A DNA stretch of 64,000 nt from Candidatus Nomurabacteria bacterium (GCA_026395965.1 JAPLXS010000006.1:233165-297164), one strand, 5' to 3'. Positions 55,232 through 64,000 are shown, numbered from the stretch's first letter. Notes: generated by a model from the letters alone, not told the origin. Translations and numbers: made by a program.

Positions 55232-56308
55232 CTATTTTTGGTTTTCTAAGAATTTAAATACTTTTTCATTCTCTAGCATTTGCTCTACATAAGCACGAGC
55301 ACGAGAGTGGTCAGCATCTTTGTACATGGCAGTTATTTGAACAACATCTTTTTCTATTTCTTCTTCTGTTGGTTTTAGACTTTCTTTTTCAGATATTGTA
55401 TGGATAATCATTTGAAGCTTTGAACGTTTTTCTGCTTCAGAACGCCATTCAGTTCTCAACTCCTCTTCAGTTTTATTTATTTGTTTTAAATAATCTTCAA
55501 ATTTAAATCCAGCACTTGTTACATCTGCTTGTAGACGGTACATGATTTTGTCTGTTTCACTCTGAATAAGAATTTCTGGTATTTCTCCTTCTGTATGTTT
55601 CACAAGCTCTTCAACTATAGCCATACGAAGTTTATCTTTTTGTTCAGTTTCTTTTTCTATGCGCATATTGCCACGGATTTTTTCTTTGAAAGCATCTGCA
55701 CTGGCAAAGTCTCCAAAAGTTTTTACGAATGCATCGTCAAATACAGGGTATTCACTTTCAGTAATTTCTGGATGGTTTGCTTTGTGTTCTTCTTCGGATT
55801 CTCCTTCTTTGTGTTCGTGAGCTGGTCTTGTCTGTTCTGCTCTCATTTTACGAAGCTCAAGGATTGTTTTCTCAACTTCAGCTTCATCAACTACTATTTC
55901 TTTTTTATAATCTTCTTTTGAATTTTGTTCTTGAGATATTTTTTTATAATCAGGAAGTTTCATTTCTGGGAGTACTGCAGTTATTATTTTAAATTCTAAA
56001 TCAGAACCCTTGCCGATTTTTGTTATTGATACTTGTGGTTGCCCAATAGCATCGATTTTATTTTCTTCTAAAATTTTTGCATAAACACTAGATAGTGCAG
56101 CTTCAGCCATTTCTTCTAGTAGTTGCATTTCTTGTACGTTTTCTTTTACTACAGATGCAGGAACTTTTCCTTTTCTGAAACCTGCTATTTCCATTCTCTC
56201 CCCGATACGATCCAATGCTTTACCCTCGTATTTTTCGAATTCTACTACCTCTAAAATACCTATTATTTCTACCTCACTTTTGTCTAATTTTGTAATTGTT
56301 GTTTTCAT
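55232..56308 (-). CDS. tig: Trigger factor
   Basis: Ribosome-binding signature GFRKGKVP; tig-clpP synteny. Confidence 0.85.
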   Translation of the reverse strand: MKTTITKLDKSEVEIIGILEVVEFEKYEGKALDRIGERMEIAGFRKGKVPASVVKENVQEMQLLEEMAEAALSSVYAKILEENKIDAIGQPQVSITKIGKGSDLEFKIITAVLPEMKLPDYKKISQEQNSKEDYKKEIVVDEAEVEKTILELRKMRAEQTRPAHEHKEGESEEEHKANHPEITESEYPVFDDAFVKTFGDFASADAFKEKIRGNMRIEKETEQKDKLRMAIVEELVKHTEGEIPEILIQSETDKIMYRLQADVTSAGFKFEDYLKQINKTEEELRTEWRSEAEKRSKLQMIIHTISEKESLKPTEEEIEKDVVQITAMYKDADHSRARAYVEQMLENEKVFKFLENQK

Positions 56309-56373
56309 AGTTTTTACATCTTATACTAAAATTTAATAATTTTCAAATACACAATATAATCACAATTTTACAC

Positions 56374-56411
56374 CCTAACTCACTTTACGCTATAGCGTAA
56401 AGTGAGTTAGG
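56374..56411. repeat. 38-bp perfect palindrome CCTAACTCAC-TTTACGCTATAGCGTAAA-GTGAGTTAGG, 3' of the wHTH/Cas2-like gene
   Basis: Shares the 16-bp core TTACGCTATAGCGTAA with the palindrome at 56916-56949. Confidence 0.7.
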
Positions 56412-56420
56412 AAAAATTAT

Positions 56421-56897
56421 TTACTTAAATCCTTTTTCTAATTTGAATGTTTTTACTAGATCTTTTAAGCCTATCTCTTTTATGTACTCCATAAATTCTT
56501 TTGGAAGAGGGGAAGGTCCAACCCATACACTTCTTTGAATCATAATAAAACCAAATTTGATCAATGCCCTGCGGAACCAGTCACGCTCATTCTTTTTATC
56601 TTCTGGTATATCATAAAGAAGAAGCAAATTTTTTGGACCATTGTTTTCTATTGGTTCAAATGTTTTTAATTGATATTTTTTATTTTTAGATAAAAATTCT
56701 TTCCCTTTTTTATTCAAAATATAATATTCATTTTTTTTATCTAAATACCCGTTATTGTATAGTTCAGCAAATTTGTTTCTAACGGATTGTTTTTTGTAAT
56801 TTTGTAGAGTAGGAAGAAAAAACGCACTCATAGGAATACCTTTATAATAAAATTTAGGAGTATTTAATATTTCTAATATATCATTTTTTATAGACAT
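56421..56897 (-). CDS. Hypothetical small protein, probable N-terminal wHTH plus C-terminal Cas2/VapD-fold-like domain
   Basis: LLLYDIPEDKKNERDWFRRALIKFGFIMIQRSVWVG resembles the Cas2 core YDI...R...L...G.R.Q.SV; no CRISPR or cas neighbours. Confidence 0.35.
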   Translation of the reverse strand: MSIKNDILEILNTPKFYYKGIPMSAFFLPTLQNYKKQSVRNKFAELYNNGYLDKKNEYYILNKKGKEFLSKNKKYQLKTFEPIENNGPKNLLLLYDIPEDKKNERDWFRRALIKFGFIMIQRSVWVGPSPLPKEFMEYIKEIGLKDLVKTFKLEKGFK

Positions 56898-56915
56898 AAT
56901 TATATTGTATCATTC

Positions 56916-56949
56916 TAACCCGCATTACGCTATAGCGTAATGCGGGTTA
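56916..56949. repeat. 34-bp perfect palindrome TAACCCGCA-TTACGCTATAGCGTAA-TGCGGGTTA, 5' of the same gene
   Basis: Same core as 56374-56411; outer arm covaries. Confidence 0.7.
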
Positions 56950-57015
56950 AGATTTTATACATTATTAGCTTGATTAAAAATTATAATAATTCTAAATAAT
57001 TTTAACCCATCAATT

Positions 57016-57047
57016 AAAAAATCCCTCAAACGAGGGATTTTTTAATT
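57016..57047. terminator. Rho-independent terminator
   Basis: aaaaaatccctcaaacgagggatttttt. Confidence 0.8.
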
Positions 57048-57073
57048 CATAGAATTTTAGAAAATATTATTAT

Positions 57074-57661
57074 TTAATTTTCTAGTTTTGGCGCGTATTC
57101 TTTTGTGTATTTTTCTTTGCACTCATTTAGGACTTTTATGGCTTCGTCTCTTCCGTAAAATGTTTCAACTACTCCTGTGCCTGGTTTTTTTAAGGCTTTT
57201 ACATTTTCCCAGAAGTATTTAGTTTGTGTTTTGAAATATTCACCAAGATCATCAACGTTCTTTATGTGGTCTGAACGTCTATCATCATTTAGAACGGCGA
57301 TTATTTTGTCATCTACTTCACCACCATCAATAAATTTCATTACACCAATTATTCGAGCTTCTACAAGACAGCCCGCAACAAGAGGTTCTGTGATGTTTAC
57401 AATTTCAACATCAAGAGGATCACCATCGTAATCCCAAGTCATAGGTATTGCTCCGTATGTAAATGGATATGCAAGAGATGAGTATCCTACACGATCAAGT
57501 TTTAGTTGTCCTGATTCTGTAATCATTTCGTACTTATTTATACTTCCTTCTGATACTTCTATGATTGCATTTATTACTCCATTTTCTTCATTCGCGAAAG
57601 CGGGGAGTACATGCAATAGGTTGTACATGTATTTACTTGGTTTTTGATTTATATTTGCCAT
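57074..57661 (-). CDS. ppa: Inorganic pyrophosphatase (family I)
   Basis: DGDPLDV, Mg-binding acidic cluster. Confidence 0.9.
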   Translation of the reverse strand: MANINQKPSKYMYNLLHVLPAFANEENGVINAIIEVSEGSINKYEMITESGQLKLDRVGYSSLAYPFTYGAIPMTWDYDGDPLDVEIVNITEPLVAGCLVEARIIGVMKFIDGGEVDDKIIAVLNDDRRSDHIKNVDDLGEYFKTQTKYFWENVKALKKPGTGVVETFYGRDEAIKVLNECKEKYTKEYAPKLEN

Positions 57662-57734
57662 AAATTTTTTTATTTAATTTATTAATAATTTTCAAAATTA
57701 TTAATAAATTACTTTTAAAGTTCTAATACTTTAT

Positions 57735-58916
57735 TTACGCCTCTGTACCATCATCTACTATCCCATCATCTATATTACTATCAGCTTCCTTATTTTCTTC
57801 TTCGTTTGTTTTTGAGTCAGCACTTTTGATATCTATTCTCCATCCTGTTAGTTTCGCAGCAAGACGAACATTTTGTCCTCCTTTTCCGATAGCTAGAGAC
57901 AATTGATCAGTTGCTACTTCTACTGTTGCTTTGTGTTCAGCATCATTTACTTCTATGCCTAGTACGTTGGCTGGTGATATAGAACTTGATATATATGTAG
58001 CTGCATCAGGAGACCAAGGAATAATATCTATTTTTTCTCCATTTAATTCACTCATAACAGTAGTTACGCGAACTCCTTTTTGTCCTACACATGAACCCAC
58101 TGGATCTACGTGCTCATCATTTGAAAATACAGCAATCTTTGAACGGCTTCCAGCTTCACGAGCAATAGATTTTATTTCTACTACTCCTCCTGCTATTTCG
58201 GGAGCTTCCATAGCAAAAAGTCCTTCTATAAGTTCTGGATGCGTACGAGAAAGCTTTAGATTTACTCCGCGTGGAGTTTCTTCTACTGAATACAAATATG
58301 CACGGATTCTCTCGCCACGACGATAGAACTCACCAGGGATTTGTTCTTCAGGCAAGATAATACCTGTAGCACGATTGAAGTCGATATATACGATTCCTCT
58401 TTCTACCTTAGAAACGAATCCGTTTATTATTTCTCCTTCCTTTGTTCCGTATTCGTCTATGATAGCACTACGCTCTGCTTCACGGATTTTTTGTATGATA
58501 ACTTGCTTTGCAGTTTGTGCAGCAATACGTCCATAATCATCTTTGTTTTCAAGAGGGAATATAAGTTCGTCTCCTGTTTTAACGTCATTTTTGATTTTTT
58601 TAGCATCTTCTAATAGGATGTGATGTTCTTCGTTGAAGCGAACTCTCTCATCATCTTCGGAAATCTCTTCTTCCTCTTCGTCTTCAGTTGTCATTCTGAC
58701 AAGAGTATCATCTACAGCTATTTTGATTTGATAGAATTCCATTAAACCAGTATCTACATCTATCTTTGCTCTTATAATTTGACCCTTTTTGCCGTAATCT
58801 TTTTTGTATGCAGCAGCAAGAGCTTGCTCTATAGCATCTATTATTTTTTCTCGAGGAATTTTTCTTTCTACCTCAAGCTGCTCAAGAGCAGATTTCATTG
58901 TTTTTAAATCCAACAT
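57735..58916 (-). CDS. nusA: Transcription termination/antitermination factor NusA
   Basis: N-terminal domain, S1, two KH motifs (IGKGGQNVRLAAKLTGWRIDI). Confidence 0.9.
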   Translation of the reverse strand: MLDLKTMKSALEQLEVERKIPREKIIDAIEQALAAAYKKDYGKKGQIIRAKIDVDTGLMEFYQIKIAVDDTLVRMTTEDEEEEEISEDDERVRFNEEHHILLEDAKKIKNDVKTGDELIFPLENKDDYGRIAAQTAKQVIIQKIREAERSAIIDEYGTKEGEIINGFVSKVERGIVYIDFNRATGIILPEEQIPGEFYRRGERIRAYLYSVEETPRGVNLKLSRTHPELIEGLFAMEAPEIAGGVVEIKSIAREAGSRSKIAVFSNDEHVDPVGSCVGQKGVRVTTVMSELNGEKIDIIPWSPDAATYISSSISPANVLGIEVNDAEHKATVEVATDQLSLAIGKGGQNVRLAAKLTGWRIDIKSADSKTNEEENKEADSNIDDGIVDDGTEA

Positions 58917-58917
58917 A

Positions 58918-58966
58918 TAATTAATTACGAATTAAGAATTAAAAATTACGAATTGATAATTAATAA
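58918..58966 (+). repeat. Heptamer array directly upstream of the nusA start codon
   Basis: taattaattacgaattaagaattaaaaattacgaattgataattaataa. Confidence 0.6.
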
Positions 58967-59140
58967 CCGTTTTTTATTAAATTTTACTTACTATTAAATT
59001 GTTCCTTCTTTCCCTTTTGTTTAAGGATTAAGAAAAATAAAAGCCCGGTTCGAGGACGGACTTACATAGAGAATGTTACCCCAATAAACGCGATTAGTCA
59101 ATAAAACACACAAACACTACATCGATGTGTTTTATACATT

Positions 59141-59189
59141 TCAAAAGTGGAGAATTTTTTGCTTGGAGCAAAAAATTCTCCACTTTTGA
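59141..59189. repeat. 22-bp-arm perfect palindrome in the nusA upstream region
   Basis: tcaaaagtggagaattttttgc ttgga gcaaaaaattctccacttttga. Confidence 0.6.
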
Positions 59190-59301
59190 AACCAAAAAAA
59201 TAATTATTTCACACTGTGCATAACTTTTGCTTTTATATATATAATAGTAATGATATACTTAACAAACAAATATTAATAACTAAAGTAATTATTTTATAAA
59301 C

Positions 59302-60621
59302 ATGAATTTATTTAAATTTTCTATATTGAGTTTCCTTGTTGCGTTTTCTCTTGTCACACCCAACGCATCTTTTGCAGCAGATGTGCCAGCTACAACCCCC
59401 AAAGTTTCTACAAGTACAACAGCTACAATTGTTGCAACTGTAAATATAGTAAATGCAAAAATAACATCTCAAGTTGGAAATACTTTCAATATATCTTTTG
59501 GTCTTAGTAATCGTGAAGGATTGCAGACAGGTGTAAAATATGGAGTGAAACTCATAATGGACAAGACCAAATATGTTTCCGATGAAAAAGTTTACGATGA
59601 ATCTATTACTTTATATGAAAATTCAACTATCAATAGAGATATCGTTTATACTGCACCTACTTTAAAGGCTGGTACATATAGCCTTGTATTATCTAGTCAA
59701 AATACTGGCGGCTTCCCATTTGGAATAGTTTCACTTGGTAAGGTTAAGCTAGTAGAAGCTCCAAAAGGCGTTATCGTTCAAAATGACTCATGCTACCTAA
59801 CAGTAGAAGGTGAAAAAGGTAGTCCACATTACAAACTTACTCAAAGCATAGATATAAGTGCAAGTGAGTCTTTACGTATTACATGCTCAGCTTTAAATGA
59901 AAAATCTACTCCTGTATCTGTAACTCCTATTTTTGAAACTAGATACACAAGTGCATATGGAGATATTGCTCCACAGTCAGGAGGAGACAACACAGCTATA
60001 TCTTTTAAAAAGAATGAAAAGAAAAATATATCTTTTGTTTTACCAAAAGGAGAGAAACCACAGTCTTATAGTATAGATATCAAGCTCACAGGAGCTGATA
60101 CTTCTTCAAATACTATTTTTACAAATTATATTTTAAGTGGAGTAAGTGCAAGTATAGCCAAGCTTTCTCTTGATAAAGATATTTATTACGGTGGAGACAA
60201 AGGAGAGATGTCTATATTGTGGTTAGTATCAGGTGGAAATACACCAAGATCTATAGTGAAATCAGCCAATGCTCCTGTTATTTCACTTGCATTAAGTATT
60301 ACAAATGATCAAGGTAGGGCTTGTATAAACCCTATTTCTCAAGCTTTGGTATCAGATCCAGCAAAGCCAGACACAACAATACCTTTTTCAATCAAAACCA
60401 ATTGTACTAACCCACAAGTAAAGGCTACTATTACAGATGATAAAGGTAGTATTCTTGATGAAAAAGACTTTACTTTCAAGAGTAATCCTATACAACCAGT
60501 CAAACCAGCTTCAAAACTATTTACTATGAAAAACATACTGATTGCAGCAGGAGTATTATTGGCTATTATTGCCTTAGGTTTTTATCTTAAAAAGAAAAAT
60601 GACCCAAGTATTACTATTTAA
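59302..60621 (+). CDS. Cell-surface protein with signal peptide and C-terminal TM anchor
   Basis: N-terminal signal MNLFKFSILSFLVAFSLVTPNASFA, C-terminal LIAAGVLLAIIALGFYLKKKN. Confidence 0.5.
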   Translation: MNLFKFSILSFLVAFSLVTPNASFAADVPATTPKVSTSTTATIVATVNIVNAKITSQVGNTFNISFGLSNREGLQTGVKYGVKLIMDKTKYVSDEKVYDESITLYENSTINRDIVYTAPTLKAGTYSLVLSSQNTGGFPFGIVSLGKVKLVEAPKGVIVQNDSCYLTVEGEKGSPHYKLTQSIDISASESLRITCSALNEKSTPVSVTPIFETRYTSAYGDIAPQSGGDNTAISFKKNEKKNISFVLPKGEKPQSYSIDIKLTGADTSSNTIFTNYILSGVSASIAKLSLDKDIYYGGDKGEMSILWLVSGGNTPRSIVKSANAPVISLALSITNDQGRACINPISQALVSDPAKPDTTIPFSIKTNCTNPQVKATITDDKGSILDEKDFTFKSNPIQPVKPASKLFTMKNILIAAGVLLAIIALGFYLKKKNDPSITI

Positions 60622-60631
60622 TAATATTATT

Positions 60632-62035
60632 ATGAAAAAATTCTCAACTTATCTTAAATATTTTACTTTCAGTTTCGTTTTGATTGTTTCCTCTTTTGTC
60701 TTCACTTCAAAAGCAAGTGCAGATACATATACATATACTTGCCCTGGAAACTTAGGTTTTGTAAATTCAATTGTAAACCTATCCCCAGGTATCTCTCCTT
60801 ATGTTTTCACTGCAGGTCAAAATTTTACAGTTTCTGCTCTTGTTACTTCAACCCCAGCCTGTTTTTCTAATAGTAGTGATTATATCGAACCTACATTAAC
60901 AGCCAAAAATAACTCTGATGCAAGTGTTGTTATTATTGGTCAAGTGCCTGATTCTTCAGTTATAAATCCTACTGATGTATTTGGTCTTGATTTTTATACA
61001 TCAAATAATCCATATTCTGCTACTCCTTCCACTCGTGACTTTACAGCACCTGCTACAAATGGTTCATACGTAATGCATTTCAATACTAACCTAGCTTTAA
61101 GTCCGAACTTTGGTGTAGTTAGAAAAATGACAAATATGTGCGATAGCGAGTCCCCTGAGTCTCAAACTACAATTACTGGAACACCAGGTGATCAATATGT
61201 TTTGGGTCTTAGTGTGAAATCAAAATTTACTTATCTTAACCCACATATTATTTCTGGTTATACTGCTTCAAATGGTAGTTATTATAGTATTGGTACTAAT
61301 TATATAGATTGTATTCAGCAAAACCCAAGTATTAGCACATTAAATGATGGTGGAATTAATAATTCTCAATATTTAATGGGTGCATACTACAATTCAGGAA
61401 GTAACCTTTGTATGTCTTATAATCCAGTATATGCAAACAATTCAAATGCACTTACAGATTTTGGTTTTGTAAATGCGTATATAGGATATTTTAAAGTTTT
61501 TGATAATAACAACCCATATGGTCCTGCAATAGCTACTGCAAATATACCCAATAATGGTTATTCAAATGTTTTTAAAGGAACTTTGAACAATCTTAGTACT
61601 GTATGGCCTTCTTGGCCCATATTAACCGGTGATTTAAAAATAGCAGGGGAATGGCAAAATATTAGTAATTATACTATTCCTGCAGATAGTGTTAAGTCAT
61701 TGGATGCTCCAGATATTACATTTACAATGCCAGCGTCTGGTTCAGCTCTTGTTAAAACAAAAGCAGCTAAAATATTAGGAGTTGGAGTATACGAAACCAC
61801 AAATATCTATAACCCATCTGCTTCTGGAAGTATAGCCAATTATGGCGCGAAGGTTTCCATAAACCCAAATATAACTCTTAATAGTGCTGATACGATGAAT
61901 CCTTTGTATGATATGATCAATAACCCTAACGGTGTTTTCCTTAGAGTTAAATCAATAAATGGGGTAGCTCAACCTATTGACCCATTTAATACTTACCTAA
62001 GTATTTGTCATGCCAATAATTACAATAATTATTAA
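60632..62035 (+). CDS. Secreted hypothetical protein (start set at MKKFSTYLKYF)
   Basis: Signal peptide, N/S/T-rich. Confidence 0.45.
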   Translation: MKKFSTYLKYFTFSFVLIVSSFVFTSKASADTYTYTCPGNLGFVNSIVNLSPGISPYVFTAGQNFTVSALVTSTPACFSNSSDYIEPTLTAKNNSDASVVIIGQVPDSSVINPTDVFGLDFYTSNNPYSATPSTRDFTAPATNGSYVMHFNTNLALSPNFGVVRKMTNMCDSESPESQTTITGTPGDQYVLGLSVKSKFTYLNPHIISGYTASNGSYYSIGTNYIDCIQQNPSISTLNDGGINNSQYLMGAYYNSGSNLCMSYNPVYANNSNALTDFGFVNAYIGYFKVFDNNNPYGPAIATANIPNNGYSNVFKGTLNNLSTVWPSWPILTGDLKIAGEWQNISNYTIPADSVKSLDAPDITFTMPASGSALVKTKAAKILGVGVYETTNIYNPSASGSIANYGAKVSINPNITLNSADTMNPLYDMINNPNGVFLRVKSINGVAQPIDPFNTYLSICHANNYNNY

Positions 62036-62041
62036 AATAAT

Positions 62042-62578
62042 ATGAATAAAATATATAAAAATCTCAAATATATAACCTTCGTCCTTGCTATATTAGTTGG
62101 CTTTTCATCTAATATAAATAAAGCATTTGCTATTGATATTTCTCATGATATTACCTATACAGTAGGTGCCAATATTGTCTTAGTAGAAGTTGCAGATGCT
62201 GGTACTGTAGATACTCCTATTACCAATCTATTTTGGCATTCCGACGTACCAACCCCTCCAGCAATAAATCTAAACGTGACAAATAAGTTAGTAAGAGTAC
62301 AATGGACTCCCAACTTTGCTACTACTAGTTGTGCTTGTACATATCAAGATGGTGCAAATACAAAATCTTGTGGAAATTCTGGAGCAGCTCAAGCTAATAC
62401 AACATTTTCAGCAAATTATTGGTTATCATATACTTCTCCAAATTATATTGATTACACTACTGTTCCATCAACTATAAACTCAACCAATCCTTTACTTCCA
62501 AAATATACTGACCAAAACTTCCCAAGATTTTCTGTTCCTCAAAATACAGTATTCAATGTGTCTTGTACAGATATATAA
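62042..62578 (+). CDS. Secreted hypothetical protein
   Basis: Signal peptide MNKIYKNLKYITFVLAILVGFSS. Confidence 0.45.
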   Translation: MNKIYKNLKYITFVLAILVGFSSNINKAFAIDISHDITYTVGANIVLVEVADAGTVDTPITNLFWHSDVPTPPAINLNVTNKLVRVQWTPNFATTSCACTYQDGANTKSCGNSGAAQANTTFSANYWLSYTSPNYIDYTTVPSTINSTNPLLPKYTDQNFPRFSVPQNTVFNVSCTDI

Positions 62579-62644
62579 GTCTTACTTATACTTGGGTAGA
62601 TATAGGAAATAATTAATTATAAATATAATTTTATTTATCTATGC

Positions 62645-62673
62645 AAAAACGAACCCCTTGGGTTCGTTTTTGG
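62645..62673. terminator. Rho-independent terminator
   Basis: aaaaacgaaccccttgggttcgttttt. Confidence 0.8.
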
Positions 62674-62768
62674 TATGTGGATAACTCCTGTATATTCATT
62701 GACACTATATATAAAACATAGTATTATTTTAATTAAGGATTTCTGTAACTTACATAAACTAAAATAAA

Positions 62769-63695
62769 ATGAAAAAAATGTTTTTAATAATGTTGGTTGC
62801 GATAGCAACTGCATTAGTAGTGTCATGTACCAAAGACGATCTAACACAAGCTCCACAAGAAGAATTAGAGCCACATGTTGAATTGAAAGTAACACCAGAC
62901 AACGCAACCATTCCTTATGGTTCTACTGTGACTGTATCTTGGACTTCCATAAATGCTAAAACCGTAACCTTAAATGGCGAACCGGTGGCTACAAATGGAA
63001 CCAGAACTTTCAACAACTTGGTTTCAACTACTACATTTACTGCACTTGCAAAAAATGTCGTTAAAACTGCACACGATGAAAAAACAGTAAATATAGGTGA
63101 AGAACCTACTCCTACTGCTACTCTTACAATTTCGTCGCAAGATGCTATTGTACCTTATGGTCACGATGTGACTCTGAGTTGGAATACTACCAATGCAAAT
63201 ACTGTCACTCTCAATGGAGTGCCCGTACCTGCTATTGGTTCACAAACTGTAGTTAAACTACTTGCAAATACAACTTATGTGTTAAGAGCTGTAAATATTA
63301 CAAAAGATGCTACTAGCCAAAAGACTGTTATTGTTGGAGATTGGACTACTTCTAGATTTGGTTTATTGACACATGCTGGTCAAAATTGGTGGTTTGATAA
63401 AATGGAATCTTGGGGTAATGGTATTGTTGCTATTACTTATTATGCAACTCCAAATAATGGGTATGATGTTTATTTGCCCAATTATACAATTTCAAATTAT
63501 AGCCATAATGGTCAGTTCTTGGCTAATTCAACTCAATGGGAACTTATTGAAAATGATACTAAGATAAGAACAACTTTTAGTACGGGGTCTCATGTTGAGG
63601 TTATAGTCAGCTTAACTCAAACAGATTTTATTTTTAGAGAAGAAGATAAAAATGGTCAAGGAACTTATTATATGAGATATTTGAAAGTTCATTAA
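62769..63695 (+). CDS. Lipoprotein with two Ig-like repeats
   Basis: Lipobox LVVSC; repeats TVTVSWTSINAKTVTLNGEPV / VTLSWNTTNANTVTLNGVPV resemble the units in ORF 24693-26819. Confidence 0.5.
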   Translation: MKKMFLIMLVAIATALVVSCTKDDLTQAPQEELEPHVELKVTPDNATIPYGSTVTVSWTSINAKTVTLNGEPVATNGTRTFNNLVSTTTFTALAKNVVKTAHDEKTVNIGEEPTPTATLTISSQDAIVPYGHDVTLSWNTTNANTVTLNGVPVPAIGSQTVVKLLANTTYVLRAVNITKDATSQKTVIVGDWTTSRFGLLTHAGQNWWFDKMESWGNGIVAITYYATPNNGYDVYLPNYTISNYSHNGQFLANSTQWELIENDTKIRTTFSTGSHVEVIVSLTQTDFIFREEDKNGQGTYYMRYLKVH

Positions 63696-63716
63696 TAGCT
63701 ATTTTTTCAAAAATTT

Positions 63717-63752
63717 AAACCACCTTATTAATTATAAGGTGGTTTTTTATTT
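63717..63752 (+). terminator. Rho-independent terminator
   Basis: aaaccaccttattaattataaggtggtttttt. Confidence 0.8.
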
Positions 63753-63771
63753 ATAGAAAACATCAAAAAAT

Positions 63772-63838
63772 AATCGTATCATAAGATTGATTTAATCGTA
63801 TCATAATGATATGATTATAGTAGTTAAATGATACGATT
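63772..63838. promoter_or_regulatory. Three copies of 11-mer AATCGTATCAT (two direct, one inverted) upstream of a regulator gene
   Basis: 63772-63783, 63794-63805, inverted 63828-63838. Confidence 0.45.
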
Positions 63839-63840
63839 AT

Positions 63841-64000
63841 ATGAAACAGTTAAATAAAAGACAAATTGATATTTTAGAGAAAATTCCTACAAAAGAAGGA
63901 GTATCTTCTTCAGATGTTTTTAAGACTTTTAATCAAAAGGTTTCTTTAATAACAATAAAAAGAGATTTAGATAGTCTCGTTTTATTAAAATATTTGAATA
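63841..64000 (+). CDS. Probable HTH transcriptional regulator, N-terminal part (3' end cut by window edge)
   Basis: MKQLNKRQIDILEKIPTKEGVSSSDVFKTFNQKVSLITIKRDLDSL wHTH-like. Confidence 0.4.
   Translation, partial: MKQLNKRQIDILEKIPTKEGVSSSDVFKTFNQKVSLITIKRDLDSLVLLKYLN

Noticed and set aside
1-64000. Alternative genetic code (UGA recoding, as in some candidate phyla)
   Set aside because: dnaA, dnaN, pnp, PBP and other housekeeping genes are intact full-length ORFs under the standard stop set, so no recoding is needed.

Overview
This window looks like a low-GC, gene-dense bacterial chromosome segment with the character of a Patescibacteria/CPR-like or other reduced Gram-positive-type genome. 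Genes are tightly packed, there are no obvious Shine-Dalgarno sequences, many rho-independent terminators are present, and housekeeping genes read through under the standard genetic code. The main landmark is the replication-origin neighbourhood: rpmH-rnpA-yidD-yidC-jag on the + strand diverging from dnaA-dnaN on the - strand, with DnaA boxes between dnaA and dnaN. Other recognisable genes are pilB (truncated at the window edge), ruvB, ruvC, tyrS, a class A PBP, ksgA, pcrA/uvrD, a LysM-M23 peptidase, comM, a dksA-like gene, pnp, rpsO, xerD, xth, cca, four tRNAs, a Zur-like regulator with zupT, hup, rny, clpP, tig, ppa and nusA. The most striking region is a roughly 18 kb minus-strand block (12.6-30.7 kb). 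It encodes a Gram-positive-type (PrgI/PrgJ/TcpH-like) type IV secretion-like apparatus: a VirB6-like polytopic protein, a VirB3/PrgI-like protein and a VirB4 ATPase. The VirB4 reading frame is split into an N-domain ORF and an ATPase ORF by an inserted small GIY-YIG nuclease gene. The block also encodes a membrane-anchored M15 cell-wall peptidase, a peptidoglycan-binding protein and several giant secreted proteins with Cys-flanked Ca-binding-like motifs. No relaxase or coupling protein is present in the window. Several repeat and RNA-like families are unexplained by the gene annotation. (1) A 13-15 bp inverted repeat with a conserved CCCGTTAG/CTAACGGG core, whose 3' arm abuts the ATG of dnaA, the VirB4 ATPase ORF and a NYN-domain gene; the GIY-YIG gene sits inside one copy. 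(2) A roughly 80 nt element in three copies that keeps two internal hairpins through compensatory base changes. (3) Arrays of a GAATTAN-like heptamer at gene boundaries, often as inverted pairs, one pair bracketing a four-helix-bundle gene. (4) Long perfect palindromes that incorporate the 3' ends of two tRNAs, plus 76 bp tandem repeats between them. (5) Two palindromes with an identical 16 bp core flanking a wHTH/Cas2-fold-like gene.
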